From positions 1-64,000 of the forward strand of contig JAAILG010000881.1 of assembly GCA_012026655.1 (NCBI GenBank): 64,000 nucleotides of DNA. Reading direction: 5' to 3'. Shown here piece by piece: positions 12,101 to 24,818 of the stretch. Made by a program: the position numbers and the translations under genes. The notes below the pieces were generated by a model. That model worked only from the letters and a program-made list of their open reading frames with translations, was not told where the DNA came from and made no database searches. Every line of letters begins with the position of its first letter. Position 1 is the stretch's first letter. The stretch is from Hydrolagus affinis (taxonomy: Eukaryota).

Positions 12101-14303
12101 ATTTTACAGTACTGTATTTCTTCGTAAGTCATGTATGTGTCTTGTACACATGTGAAATTCTGCCTTTCTGCATAGAAATTATTTGAAGCTTTGAATTTAC
12201 CTGTGCTATTTTAAGTGCTCCAAGATGCTACCGAAGTGAAAGTGGCTAAATGAATGCAATTGTTGTTGTATCTGTGCTAGTTTCTTGAGGATTATACAAT
12301 GCTTCATGGCCTTTTGCTTCTCATATAACCAATTCTTTTGCTCACTGCTCGCTGCTCGCTGATCGCTTATCTGACACAATTCTACCTTGTTGGACCATGC
12401 AAACAGCATGCTTATACTTACTGCCCTGCAGTACAATAGATTACAATGAAACACATGTTCGTTAAATAGCTTTCTGAAGCATCTACTTGACACTGTTAAT
12501 AACATCTCGGATTACTAGACAAAGCATTTAAAGCATCTGAGGCTGAAGCAGAGCCAAAACAGTATTTGGAACTTACATGATAAAAAAAAAGTCTGTTCAG
12601 CTTCAAGTTTGCAGCCCTGGCTTGCTTGTTGGGCTGCGCATTGTTGCAGACAGAGTTTAAATTTTCTGATAGGTGCATTTAAAAAAAATGTATTACTGCA
12701 TCTTGACTTACACCAATAATTACACTCATTACAGCTCTATTACAGCAAGGTCATTATTGATTATAATGATTATAGGTTTCAACACAACAACTCACATTTA
12801 TGTAGTGCCCTTCATGTGGGTTAGAGACTCGGAGCGCTGTGCTTGTTGTTTCATATATTATAGTTTATAGGACAATCTTTAATGTTGGGGTTATAATTAT
12901 AATGGCTCCTACCTTTCCCCTTATATTTTAGGATATTCAGCGATGCGGTACTCACTCTAATGTACCCTTCATTATAATATAGTCTAAAACTTGTTGGTCA
13001 CAGGCTTGTAAGTAATCATGGAGAAGTGCGCAATCAAAAATCTTTAATTTCAATTTTGACAAAGTATTTGGCTCACATGGCGTATTCTCTGAAGCATTTC
13101 CAGAAGGAAAGTTATGTATTACTTATAAATAGTGGCTGTGAATGGTTGTGGATCAACTCATCATTTGTCACTTAATTAAACTCTTAAATACTTCCAACAA
13201 TTAATCAAGAATGTGAGTCCCAGGCATCGTTGCCCCATACTTGGGGTTTCTAAACCAAACACCATAAGATCTGAAATATGATAACTAACTGTATTCAATC
13301 TAATAACGTTAACTATTCATCTCATTGGCTGTAAGTGGAACATTGCTCTGCACAATTGGCTGCTATGTTCAGCTGCAAAATCCAATCCCTGCACTTTACA
13401 ATAAATCGTGTGAAGCTCTATGAAACATTCGCCTGACATGAAAAATACTGTATCAAATGCAAAGAATGTTATTATAAGCTGCAGAACTATAGCAACTAAT
13501 AAATAATTTGACACTTTCTTAACGTGACAGATGTAATATTGTGGTATGTGGCAGCTTTAATTTAAATGTCTCATCTGCACATTTTTAAATTAGATTCATA
13601 AGGCACACAACGTAAAAAGGATTAATTAGCTCACCCGCTAATCAGATTGTGTTTATTTTTTAATTAATTATCTACTAATGGAAACATAATGAATAAAACA
13701 TGTTTTCTGTTGCCTATAGAAATATGAATTAAACAAATTCAAGCTGTTTGAAGTCTTCCTCCCCACCCCACCCATATGGCAGAGTACCTATGAGCCATGT
13801 GTGGAGCTGACAATAGAGATGCCAAACTCCACAATGACTCTCCTCTTAGCCTTATCTAATGCATATCTATATTGCAATTCCTCACCCACTTACATCCAAC
13901 ATGTACATTGTGTAGGCAAACCATGCACCTGATGAACCACTATAACTGGATTGTATGAGTTTGGGGAGCAGAACTAATCGAATCAGTTCATAGAATCATT
14001 CAGCTCATCAAACCTAAGCTGGTGCTAGCTCCTCTACTGGAGATAATGATTAACTCTGCTCTTTCTCTTATGAAACTTTTATATTGTTGTCTTCTTCAAA
14101 GGTTTATTCGATTTCCTTTTAAATGTCAACCACAATAGCTACCGTGTGGCAAAATAAATCTTGTGAAACTCCTTGAATTGTTTCAACAATATGGGCAAAT
14201 ACAAGGATTATTATATTATTAAAACATTCAACATTCTTATAAGCTCTGTGTGAAAATGTTTCTTCCAATCTCACCTTGAACTCTTCCAGTGGCAATCCTA
14301 GTT

Positions 14304-14815
14304 TATTATAATAATAAAAATCCTTGCATTTGATATACAACAACAACAATACAACAAAATTACATTTATGGAGCGCCCCTCACATCGGGAGGACATCCCA
14401 AGGCACTGAACAATCAGGTTGGGACCTGAGCAAGGGGGAGGGGCAGGGTAGGGGGAAGGGAAGAGAGAGAGTTGGGAGGGGAGGGAGAGAGTTGGGAGGA
14501 CAGCAGAAGGCACTATCGAAGAGGAGGGTCTTAAGACCAGCCTTGAAGGAGGCAAGCGGAAAGTGAGGTGAAGGGACTGTGGGATGGAGTTCCAGAGTTT
14601 GGGGTCAGAAAGACTGAAAGCCTGTCCACCGATGGTAGGACGAGTCGGGTGGAGGACAAGGAGTAAACTTGAGTCCGCTGAGTGGAGGGGGAGGGCAAGC
14701 TCATAAGGATTTCAGGGTTTTATCAAGTTTTTATCAAGTCAGGGTTTTATCATGTTTTTGACATGTCTCAAAGTGCTTCACAGAATAAACTGTTAAGTGA
14801 ATTGACTGTATACTG
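14304..14815 (-). mobile_element. SINE 3' fragment split by an L2 insertion
   Basis: Tail ATAATAAAAATCCTTGCATTTGATATA to 14337; the SINE resumes at about 14741 (GGGTTTTATCATG...ATGTCTCAAAGTGCTTCACAGAATAAACTG...GAATTGACTGTATA). Confidence 0.85.
14338..14710 (-). mobile_element. L2 LINE 3' end nested in SINE
   Basis: (CAA)n tail, TTACATTTATGGAGCGCCCCTCACATCGGGAGGACATCCCAAGGCACT, and CCACCGATGGTAGGACGAGTCGG homologous to positions 1-60. Confidence 0.9.
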
Positions 14816-15205
14816 CATATTGTTTGTCACCAATCCTTCAGTATTCCTCTATATCCAATGAAAATAGATCTATGCTTTTGAGCCTAATCTCATAATTATA
14901 ACCCCCATCTCTTGGTATCAACCATGTGAACCTTCACTGTATCCTTTCATAATTCTGTGTCTATTTCAGAACTTCTTCTGCAATGTATTTACATCAGTCT
15001 AATAACATTTTATTTATTCTGATAGTCAGTTAATAAACACAATTATATCTCTGTTCTTTGGGTCTACAAGACAATATCCCATTGGAGTGTGCAATATGAA
15101 TGCAAATAGGTGTTGATGTACAGAAACCAGTGTACATCCTGTGCAAAGTAACATTTTACCACTGACTCAGATAATTCCAGCAAAATGCTGTAGTTTTGAT
15201 GACTA

Positions 15206-15545
15206 AGTCCTGTAAGTCAGTGGTTAAAGCACTTTCCTTACAAGTGAGAGACCTAGATTTGATTCCAGGTCAGGGTGAAACCTTGGGCAAGTTTCCTTAT
15301 TCCACATTCCTGATAATAACCCCTCAATTTAAATTAAAAAAAATAAATAATCATCTAGTCATTTCAATCCACGACTGTTTGTGGCAAACTACTGCACAAC
15401 AGTGTAGAATTGGTAGCCATGTTTCACCCACAAATGTACAGTCAATTCACTTTACAGTATATTGTTTGATGCGCTTTGAGACATCTAAAAGATGTGAAAA
15501 GCACTCTATCAAATACAAGGATTATTATTATTATTATTATTATTT
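15206..15545 (+). mobile_element. full-length tRNA-derived SINE with (ATT)n tail
   Basis: Degenerate A/B boxes, core CCACGACTGTTTGTGG, L2-like tail, (ATT)7; collinear with 40973-41287. Confidence 0.92.
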
Positions 15546-16037
15546 CACGTTGAAATAGTCCACGTAACACTGTGGTAATCATTGGAGATCAGTCAGTTAA
15601 CATCTGAGAGGTACAGCATCTGTAATGTAATGTATGATATGGGATTTGTCCATATCACACATCCTCAAATGAGGCACACATTTTATTTTCTAAGTATCCT
15701 TAGATCACAAGGGGAAGCACAATATATGCTAGATCTACTAAAATAAAGCCTTCAAACAGGCTAGTTATAGGTTGGAAGCATGAGCGTATCATTTTAAAAA
15801 ATCACTGCAACAAACTGTTTCCACTGTGAGTCTATTTCTACAAGTAGCATAAGAACAGCATCATAAAATTCAATTAAAATATTGGCAGGCAGCACGTTTT
15901 GCTACACTTGCATGCCTTGTAATTTAATTTCCAATTCATTTATGCTGCTACGTGCATAAAACTAGGCAATTGACTAAATTAACCTTTTCTCACCTGGGAG
16001 ATCTCACAATGTTTGATTTACAAGGTTTTATTGGCCA

Positions 16038-16102
16038 TTGGGACGTCCCTTGGGACGTCCTCCCGACGTGAAAGGCGCTCTATAAATGTAATTTGTTGTT
16101 AT
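16038..16102 (+). mobile_element. L2 3' tail with 12-bp internal duplication
   Basis: TTGGGACGTCCC TTGGGACGTCCTCCCGACGTGAAAGGCGCTCTATAAATGTAATTTGTTGTT. Confidence 0.85.
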
Positions 16103-16214
16103 TTGGCACCTTTACTGAAGCGATTGGAGAATCAGAGACTAATCCCTTGCTGAATTTCCAACATAATATACATTTATACAGTGCTGCACACATCTGGATC
16201 TGCTCAACAGTACT

Positions 16215-16648
16215 GCTGACGACCCTATCACGCCACCCTCGCCTCCCCATCCCAGAGGATAGAATTAAAAATCCTCATCCTCGCCTTCAAGGCCCTGCAT
16301 GGCCTTGCTCCTTCATAACTCTGCGACCTGCTAACCCCCCTCTCTGCTCAGCAGGTTCCATGTTCCCCACCATTGGCCGTCAGCCTCTCTGCCCCAATCC
16401 TTTGGAACTCCATCCAACATTTTCATTCCCCTGCTCCCTACTTTGCACGTTTCAAGTCTCTGCTCTTCAATTGCATCTTCAGCCACCCACCTACCCTCCC
16501 CTCCCCTCCCTGCCCTCCACCTTCCCTGAACTCAAGCCCCCTGCTTGGGTCCAAATCCCTGACTGTCCACTCCAGTCCTTTGGGACATCCTCCCGACGTG
16601 AAAAGCGCATTACTGTACAAATGTAATTTTGTATTGTATTTTTGTATT
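16215..16648 (+). mobile_element. L2 LINE 3' portion
   Basis: CTCCCCATCCCAGAGGATAGAATTAAAAATCCTCATCCTCGCCTTCAAGGCCCTGCATGG (KILILAFKALHG), pyrimidine-rich UTR, tail; followed tail-to-tail by a short reverse fragment to about 16735. Confidence 0.88.
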
Positions 16649-17470
16649 GAGCTGGGTTGGGAGCCGAGAGTGATGGGGAGGGGAAAGGTGACAGACAGTG
16701 TGGTCAAGAAAAAGTGTTTTGAGCCGTACCTTTAAGAATTTCCTCCTCAAGCCCCAATATCTTTGTTCTAGCAATGAGGAGACAAATCTCATCTACACAT
16801 GAAGTTGCACAAATGCCTTCCACGCGACATATTTGCCTGTAGCTTTAACACACTACAGGATGTACATGTTTTAAAACAACTTAGCAATCAAAATCAAAAG
16901 ATGAATTACCTTTCAGACTTCCCAGGTCAAATATTAATCTAACTGATTCAATTTTGATGCAATTGTATTGCTCTAACATAGTTAAGTTGCTTTTTCATCC
17001 CAGGAGATCCTTAGAAGTAATAATGCCTGAAAAGGTTGACAGTGTTGCTCTGAATTTACTTGAACCAAGCACACAACCTGAGTAATGTGGGACACTTGAG
17101 ACCAATAGGACACAAGGTAATTTATCACTGCTGTCAAAAAAAAAAAGCATTTTTGTCATTCGGCTCCAATAAGAAGCTATCAGAGAGTTATTGGAATCCA
17201 TTGATTATCTTGTCAATTCTGGGGACATTATAGAAGTGCAAGGTGTAAAGGTGCTACAATTGGCTTCATTGTTCCTGGGGTTGGGATGGTGGGGGTGGGC
17301 GGGTGAAACAAGTTGAGTGGGGGGGAGATTTACCACATTTTTTGCTTGAAATAATTCTGAAGACGTGAAACTTTTACTGAGCTGACACATTCTTTAGTTG
17401 GAATGTTGGTCAGTTGACCTACTCTCATTGTTGCAGGAGTAGGAGGTGATTGATTGTCTCTTCCTTCCTT

Positions 17471-17818
17471 ATAAAATCCTTACATTTATACAGTGTTTTA
17501 TTTGATATCAGAAGGTTGTCTCAAAGAACTTCACAGAATATACTGCAAAGTGTACAGACTGCATCATTTACAGGCAAATGCACCAGTCAATTTCCACACA
17601 GCAATATTCCACAATTATCATGATGTAAAAGACCAATTTTATCTGTGAGATTGTTGACCAGGACTCGGGACAACTTCTTTTTTTCATGCAGCACCACAGA
17701 ATATTTGATGTCCAATTGAGTAGATAGGCGGGACCTCTGTTTAACATCTAACCTGAAGGACATCATCTCTTGAAAACGCAACGCACCCCCAGCACTGTAT
17801 TCAAGTGCCAGCCTCGAC
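17471..17818 (-). mobile_element. Deu-domain SINE (SacSINE1-like)
   Basis: Reverse of ...CCTTCAGGTTAGATGTTAAACAGAGGTCCCG...GGACATCAAATATTC...GTCCTGGTCAAC...; homologous to 34433 and 48243 copies. Confidence 0.8.
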
Positions 17819-18284
17819 CCCCAAACCACCCCCCATTGTCTTCACTCATTTCCACAATCTGGCCACAGTAGAGGTCAAGTTGTGAGGAACCTGATGGTGT
17901 CAAACACCTGGCCTACCAACCTGTGACATAGGATGGTGGGAGGTTACACAATTGGTACATAGGCATGTTGCTTAGCTTGTCAGATTTCCTCATGTAATCC
18001 TATGAGTCCTGACATACTATTTATATATGCAGGGAGCCCTGCAGGAAGTTTCACACACAAGAGTACAGGAAGAAATCATAGTTAGCATTCTAGGGCAGGG
18101 TTTAATTTAATTTGTGTTATGACAAAAAAAGTGTTTGCATTGCATTTCACAAGTACGCCAATTCTCCGCAAGCAAATAATTGGAGTTATTCTGTCTCTGT
18201 GGTGATCTCATTTTATGTTTTATGTGGTGGCAAGCAAAAACATTCATGTGTTGCTCAATCAACTTGGAACAATATTCCTTTCAT

Positions 18285-18460
18285 TTGAAGGTCCTGTGGC
18301 TGTGGTACCACCCGATGTTTTTCATAACTCTCCTAACTATCTCCCACCCCTCCCCCCTGCTCTGCCCTCTCCCTTGCTCGGGTCCCGTGCTGACTGTTCA
18401 GCGCCTTGGGACATCCTCCAAACGTGAAAGGTGCTCTATAAATGTAATTTTGTTGTTGTA
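18285..18460 (+). mobile_element. L2 3' UTR and tail
   Basis: CAGCGCCTTGGGACATCCTCCAAACGTGAAAGGTGCTCTATAAATGTAATTTTGTTGTTG. Confidence 0.85.
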
Positions 18461-18489
18461 TTTAGTGCATATGGAAAACGTATATATTA

Positions 18490-18605
18490 ATTTGCCTACA
18501 AGTGAAGTCACTACACTTCACAACAATACAATACCCTGTGAAATGCTTTGAGATATATTGACAGCATGTTAAGGTACTAAATCGATTGCAAGGATTATTA
18601 TTATT
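18490..18605 (+). mobile_element. SINE 3' fragment
   Basis: TTTGCCTAC...GTCACTACACTTCA...CTGTGAAATGCTTTGAGA...GCAAGGATTATTATTATT. Confidence 0.75.
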
Positions 18606-18948
18606 CTCAAAAGTTTCAGATATTATGGGGTACTTGTTCAGTCAGTAAGAAGCCTATATTTTAAAGCAAAATACCTATTGTTATGTTACTTTAAAAATAT
18701 AATCAGACAGTGCTTGAAAGTAGAAACCCAACATTGTTTCAACACAAGTGGAATTGTGTGTTTAGATTTACAGTTTTATGAAAGTGTAGGCTGTTCGAAT
18801 GATTGATTTTAACAGTCTTTTTTTCCCATAGTTTAACGGAACAATTTTACATCAGTCATTTTTTTATTGTGAATTATTTTTCAAATAGTAAATGCATAGA
18901 GCAGTGAAAGGCAAACGCTTCCCTTCAACATGAACTGGGCCATTAGAG

Positions 18949-18996
18949 AAAATCAGAAGCCAATCTGAATAGTGTAAAATCAGAAGCCAATCTGAA
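18949..18996. repeat. tandem duplication, period 27
   Basis: AAAATCAGAAGCCAATCTGAA at 18949 and 18976. Confidence 0.9.
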
Positions 18997-19229
18997 ATGT
19001 GGAGAAATATGGATTTAGCCAAAAAGAATGAAAACAGGAAAGAGTCCCCCAAAGGGAGAAATCCAGCAAAAACAAACTGTATGTTTAATGTATAAAATTA
19101 ACATGCATTTAGAATAGAAAAGGATGCTCATTATGCTCCTATTATTCTAATGATGTGCTTTATTTGGAAAATAAATGTGTTTTCCTAATGAGCAAAACTC
19201 TATAAAATATTCAGTGCTGATTAAAGCAG

Positions 19230-19465
19230 CAGAGAAAAATAAATCAGCTAGTTTTTCTGCTCCTAATCACTGTCCAGTGCAGTTAAGTACATGTATGTCA
19301 CGTGTATGAATACCGGGTGAGGAAAGAATTGGCCTTGGGTTTAATTGCTCAACTCCCTGTGGAGTAACATGATGACTCTCATTTAGAATAACATGTTAAG
19401 AATGGATTTGTGGGCAAGGGGGTCTACAAAGGGCTGCTATAGTCTGTGAAGCTCCGTATCCCAGA
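19230..19465 (+). mobile_element. ancient SINE, AmnSINE2-like, 3' half
   Basis: AAATCAGCTAG...CTGCTCCTAATCACTGTCCAGTG...CGGGTGAGGAAAGAATTGG...AAGAATGG...GGGCAAGG...CCGTATCCCAG. Confidence 0.5.
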
Positions 19466-19519
19466 ATAAGCAATTAGACAACTAGGCCTCTTCAATACCC
19501 TCTGCTCGGGTACTGAAAG

Positions 19520-19810
19520 GAAATATCTCCGGGAGGACCCTACAGAGGCACACAATATTTTGAATGGGATTCAAAATGAACCCAGAACAAAATATCTAGA
19601 TGCACTGTGACAGCAGAATAGAGGATATAGGTATAAGGTTGCAAATTTCAGGAACAGGAAATAATTTACTCACAGGATAAATCATGACTCAAACAGGTTA
19701 CCAGGAAGGGTTAGGCCAGGACTTTGCACTATTTAAAATTGCAGTGAAGGGAGGATGTTAGGATGTGTGTTCTGGAAGAATAAGATGAAACAAGGTATTT
19801 TCAACCAAAC
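19520..19810 (+). mobile_element. very old CR1-like 3' fragment
   Basis: GACAGCAGAATAGAGGATATAGGTATAAG...AAATTTCAGGA...CAGGAAATAATTTACTCACAG resembles a decayed CR1 TRGH region. Confidence 0.4.
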
Positions 19811-20909
19811 ACTTCTTGTGATTAGTGTGTTGAAAATAGGGCTAAGGTGAGGGAGAAAGCAAAAGTGTGTTTGCATTGCAATATTTAGATATTTGGATGA
19901 CAACATACTGAAAACAGGTCAATAGCAAATCAGTCACACAGTGTGAAGAATTTGTGTGAATTTGGGAATTCAAGTTTAATATAATACAGAAACATGTTAT
20001 ACTTGTGGTGAACATATACTTAAATGGAACAAAATCAACAATATGTGGTAACATTTGGCACTCCCTCTGTTTAATAATACAATAATAATGATCCTTGTAT
20101 TTGATATAGCATTTTTCATGTCTTCTATGTCTTTAGTATATGTCACCAATATTACACTGACATTGAAGTTAAAAATTAGCTAACTATGGTATTTCGTCGC
20201 TTGGTTATCTTAGAATCTGTATTTAAAGAGGCATTACTATCAACAAAGAATAACTGGATAAAGGTTTCAGTGCAGAAATCAGTCAGATTTTACTGCAGTA
20301 AAGACAATAGACTAGGACAGGTTTCAGCAAGTCTGGAGATTTAATTTTTCTGAATCTGTTCCACATCACCCTCTGGGCTAATTTTATAAAGCAGAATATA
20401 CTGAAAATAAGCTTCCAGTAAATCTTCAGTTAAAGATCAATTATTTTCTCATTTACAGTGTCAGCTCTTAGCAACACTGCACGCAGCTCTGTCCTACACA
20501 ATTAACTGATCCAGCTCTAATCTGCATGCTAGTTTCACATTCCATTTCTTCAGGCTTGTATTTAAAATATTGCACCGCGCCTAATTCATCTATCCATTTT
20601 ATTCAGACATCGCGTGAACAATTAGAGCCTTTTAGAAATGATTTCCCCGATTGTTTTCCCACAGACAACTGCTTTCATTGTCTGCTTTAGAATGGAGTTT
20701 GTTAGTTGGGTGTCCTGCTGATTGCAGCTCCATCAATAACCAACCACTGATATCTTTCTGTAATCAGTCAATGCAATGCAATGCACTTATGCAGTGGGAT
20801 AGGTGGGATAATAACTTTTCTCTTCTTATTAGATGGAAGAGGCAATCTGCATGGTGGCATATCTGAAAATTTAAACTACATTGAAGACAAATGGGATTAA
20901 TGGATTCAC

Positions 20910-21375
20910 TTTGAACAGGTGGGTCTTTTGGGGATCTCTTTTAAGGCAACGGAAAGTTTATGGATGTTGTAGGTTGAGATTTAGTCCTTCAGACAATTGG
21001 GTAGTTTATTGGTGAAAAGCTGATTGATGATTTGAAAATGAGAATGAGATCTGAAAATCAATCTGACGTGGGGTTAAGAGCCAATGAAGCTTGGCAAGAA
21101 TAGGGAGAATATGATCAGTGCAGGTGACTACGTGGGACAGGATTCAGGCTTCAGTAAAACATGTTCATATTGGAGCTAGGAAGGCTAACAAGGGAAGTAT
21201 TGGAGAAATGTATATCCTACCGTGATTAACGTTTGGTTATGGCAGAAGTGGTGCTATTTGGGATGAAAGCGAGCAATGTTACAGAAGGAGACAAAGGCAG
21301 TCCTGATGATGGATCAGATAAAGGGACTGAAACTCAGCTCAGGGTCGCAGAGAATATTGAGGTTTACAATGAACA
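20910..21375 (-). mobile_element. ancient L2 ORF2 fragment
   Basis: GCGAGCAATGTTACAGAAGGAGACAAAGGCAGTCCTGATGATGGATC...AAACTCAGCTCAGGGTCG is the reverse of a DPELSF...SIIRTAF...NIAR-like region. Confidence 0.65.
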
Positions 21376-22139
21376 AGCAACCAACAAGGTTAATTAAATA
21401 AGAACAAAGGTCATATAGGTGCTGGCAAGAGTCAAATAAGATGCCTTCTCAATGGCTGAATGCTGAATTTTAGATTGTTACGATTCCTCCAGGAGTTGTC
21501 CAATAGACAGAATAGGAAAAATACTGGAATCCGTCGAAAGGAGGAGAGGCAGATATGGGATGAGGTTGGAGGGGGCACTTGGCTGTGGAGAATTATTTGC
21601 TGTTTTTCCTCTTCTAGATAACGCTGGACTAACAGAAAGATTTGTTTCAAGGCAGGTTGAAAGGCAACATTTTTTTTTACTGTGATCAAATAGAATCTGA
21701 AACTGGATAGCTAGACCGATGTTCTGTTACTTGTACTCTAGCTACAGCCTCAGATATGAATCTAGGAAGGTGCTGCTGGTAGTAAATTCTGGGGATTGGA
21801 GATTGTTCTCCTTATGTTTTTGCACTTCTGCAAAGTACAAATTCAACAAATCTATAGCATGTTTTAAACTGAGTGGAGTAGTGGGGGTGGGGGAGGGTGG
21901 GGGGGAAGCTTTCATTTGTATTCCAAAGTTGAAGTGTTTCTTTCACTGATCAGAGTGATTGAGAACTGCCTGCTCTGGCAGCACAACTGTTACATTTAAG
22001 GCAAATGTTGTAATTAAACATTTACATTGTATATAACAAGGTACAGTAATTCACAATCCTTTTAAACTGCTAGAATGATTTAACATTTCTTCAGGCAGGC
22101 GAGGGATCTGAGGCACACAATCTGATTTATGTTTATAAT

Positions 22140-22345
22140 AACAATATTATAAATTTGATGCAGAGGCTTTCACATTACGAGGATGTCTCAAAGCACTTCA
22201 CAGGATTTACTGTAAAGTGTAGTGACTGTATTTTGTAGATAAGACATAGCAACCAATTTACACACAACAACGTCCCACAAACAGCCATGAAATGAATGAC
22301 CAATTGTTGACCAGGACACCAGCACAATCTCTCTTCTCCTTTTGA
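22140..22345 (-). mobile_element. Deu-type SINE 3' half
   Basis: GATGTCTCAAAGCACTTCACAGGATTTACTGTAAAGTGTAGTGACTG...CCCACAAACAGCC...GACCAGGACACCAG. Confidence 0.8.
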
Positions 22346-22511
22346 AAATTTACCCAGTCCTAATCTATCTCTGTGGAGAGGTCTGCACAAGAGCAAATAT
22401 GCACTGAGCTAACTCAAAATGTCAATGCCAACTGGGTAATCTATTCATAATGGACTGCCAAGTTCATTTGATACCTGGTGCAATAAGACCAAAATTATAC
22501 TGCTGCCATTG

Positions 22512-22596
22512 ATAATGATAATAATAATAATCCTTACATTTGATATAGCACCTTGTCACTTCATTAAGACTTCTCAAGGTGCTTCACCGGATATAT
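22512..22596 (-). mobile_element. SINE tail fragment
   Basis: (ATA)n ATCCTTACATTTGATATAGCACCTT...TCTCAAGGTGCTTCAC. Confidence 0.8.
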
Positions 22597-22843
22597 GATG
22601 ACATTGATTTAGTTTTGAATGAATTACAAGAGCAAACTGCTTCAAAGTTAGGGCCGAATTCAACAATTTGCCAAATTATGGAAACGCAGAAACACAAAGA
22701 GATGGAATATATTTTTAAGCTCCATGGAAGAGAATGTTGAACATATGGAAGGACATATGTGAGAGTCCCATCATAGTTACCACAGAAGCATTTGCTTTAG
22801 CAACTACCTGTGGAACTCATTAGTTAGAGCACTTCTGAAACAA

Positions 22844-22913
22844 TGACAGTCCAGCGTCTTGGGACGTCCTCCTGACTTGAAAGGCGCTATACAAACATAA
22901 TTTTGTTGTTGTT
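22844..22913 (+). mobile_element. L2 3' tail only
   Basis: CAGCGTCTTGGGACGTCCTCCTGACTTGAAAGGCGCTATAC...TTTTGTTGTTGTTG. Confidence 0.85.
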
Positions 22914-23074
22914 GCCTTGCAAGTGATTCTCAGCTGGGTGAAATGTTGGCCAAGTTTTCTTACTCCATATGCTTCTGTTTACCTAGCAGTAAGTAGGAAC
23001 CCAGTTTTAAGTTGATTGGCGATCGCTTTTCCGGGGATAATAATTCCATTTTAAAAATAATAATCTTGTCACTT

Positions 23075-23741
23075 AATTGTATGTGGGGCATTGCTGTGCA
23101 CAATTGGCTGTCGCATTTTGCCCACAAAACTTTAAGGTACAAGTATCCCTTCCCAACCCATGGGGGATACGTTCCTGAAAACCTCCTCTGTTAGTAAAAC
23201 CGCGGTTGGAAAATACAGGGCCCTATGGGAAACATAGGATCGGGGGAGTAAGTTTGAGACTATTGGCTGCCAGGATCTGCAGCAATCTGCGAGGCTGTCT
23301 GACTGACTGTCTGATCTACACACAGACAGAGAGAGAGAGAGAGAGAAAGAGAAATCAACGGAGAAGGTGGTGTGGTGGGTGACACAGAGTGGGGGGTGGA
23401 TGTAGAGAAGTTGTTGTGGTGGGTGACACCGAGGGGAGTAGATGCGGAGAAGCGACAATAAATTCATGTTATTTACCTTAATCCTAAAAGAGAAGCGACA
23501 TCGTCGCTGGTTGATTGCGACATCGCAACTGGGTCCTAGCGCCAAACGCTAATGTTAGTGTTTATACCCGTGGATAAGCAAAACCCATTGTCGTGGTTAG
23601 CAAGGGTTGTCGCAGCGAGCCAAACGTGGATAAGTGAAATTAGTGGTAGAAAAAACCGTGGTTGGGGCGGGATACCTGTATATTCTGTGAAGAACTTTGA
23701 GGCACTATATCAAATGCAAGTGCCTGTACAGTATTATTATT
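23075..23741 (+). mobile_element. SINE 3' half split by Tigger-like MITE
   Basis: TGTGGGGCATTGCTGTGCACAATTGGCTG...ACTTTAAGG[TA insert TA]TATTCTGTGAAGAACTTTGAG...ATATCAAATGCAAG. Confidence 0.8.
23140..23678. mobile_element. non-autonomous Tc1/mariner (Tigger/pogo-like) MITE, 539 bp
   Basis: TA at 23138-23139 and 23679-23680; imperfect TIRs CAAGTATCCCTTCCCAACC and GGTTGGGGCGGGATACCTG; subterminal GGGGGATACGTTCC; CpG-rich. Confidence 0.88.
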
Positions 23742-24637
23742 GTTACACATTGTTTCATATTATCTGACAATCTTCAAAAAGATAGTTATTGCAGGGTACA
23801 TTTTATGTATTGGTTCTCTCATATGTGCTATTGAGAAGGGCACTCTCTCGATAAGAATCTGACAGAGCCATTCTTCACCCCATCCCCAATTTAAATAACA
23901 AACTTTCCCACAGACTCGAAGTTCCCTTGAAGTTCCTAGGATCCATTTAACTTTCTGGTAACAGCAGGTGATCAGCTTCATAGTTAAATGAAAAGGGAAA
24001 TTAGATGTTCTGAAAAATGGCCAGTTCCTCATTCATCTTGCTGCAAACCACTGGCTTAATTTTTTATTGCAAAGAATGAACTATAAATAGGTAGTAAAAC
24101 ACATCAACTTAATAAACCATCAGAATTAAAATGATCCGTGCCTTGCCCCATCACTTAAATCTGAGACAGACATCAAAACACAGAGTATATATCTCATACT
24201 TGTTATACAGCCTTTAAAGGCACAGGCAATAAAAAGGCCCATCTCATTCAAGGCTTCATAAAGCTTCTTGGGCTTTCATTTCATCATTAGAGCTATTAAT
24301 ATTCTGGGTGGAAAGATCCTCAAGAAATCTCAATACATTTTCTTTTATTGTCTCTTACTGGGCGTTGGTCCCAATGTTATGGTAGATACTGTTTCTGGGA
24401 AAGTAATGCAAGATGATGCAAAAGATTTTTTTGCAACATATATGTACGGTCGCTGAGTGTGATCAACACACAAAATCTCAGCTGCATCGAGTATTTATCA
24501 ATGCGACTACATATTATAATTCCTCATAACAGGATGAAGACTTTCAAGTTCCTTAACAAGTGAACCATGAAAGCCTTCAGTTCCATTCCCCCCACTCCAG
24601 ACACACACACACATCCTGATAATAATCTCTCAAGAGC

Positions 24638-24818
24638 AAAAAACAATAATAAATTGGTTGTTTCAATCCACGTCTGTTTGTGGTACACTGCTGTGCACAA
24701 TTGGCTGCCGTGTTTCACCCACAAAATTGACAGTTAATTCACTTTACAGTATATTCTGCGCTTTCAGACGTATAGAAGATGTGAAAAGCACTATACCAAA
24801 TGTATGGATTATTATTAT
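24638..24818 (+). mobile_element. SINE 3' half
   Basis: AAATTGGTTGTTTCAATCCACGTCTGTTTGTGGTACACTGCTGTGCACAATTGGCTGCCG...GGATTATTATTA. Confidence 0.9.

Larger units (their letters stand above)
13980..14955 (-). mobile_element. old CR1 LINE 3' region, interrupted by younger insertions
   Basis: ATAGAATCATTCAGCTCATC...; CTCTGTGTGAAAATGTTTCTTCC; TTGGTATCAACCATGTGAACCTTCACTGTA are collinear with the recalled reverse-complement CR1 3' end. Confidence 0.6.

Noticed and set aside
12578-12666. Minus-strand exon-like segment ending CAT|GTAAGT
   Set aside because: Contains a T9 run and has no recognisable peptide in either open frame.
16093-16735. ORFs of 177 and 120 aa
   Set aside because: They overlap L2 ORF2 remnants and the pyrimidine-rich 3' UTR.
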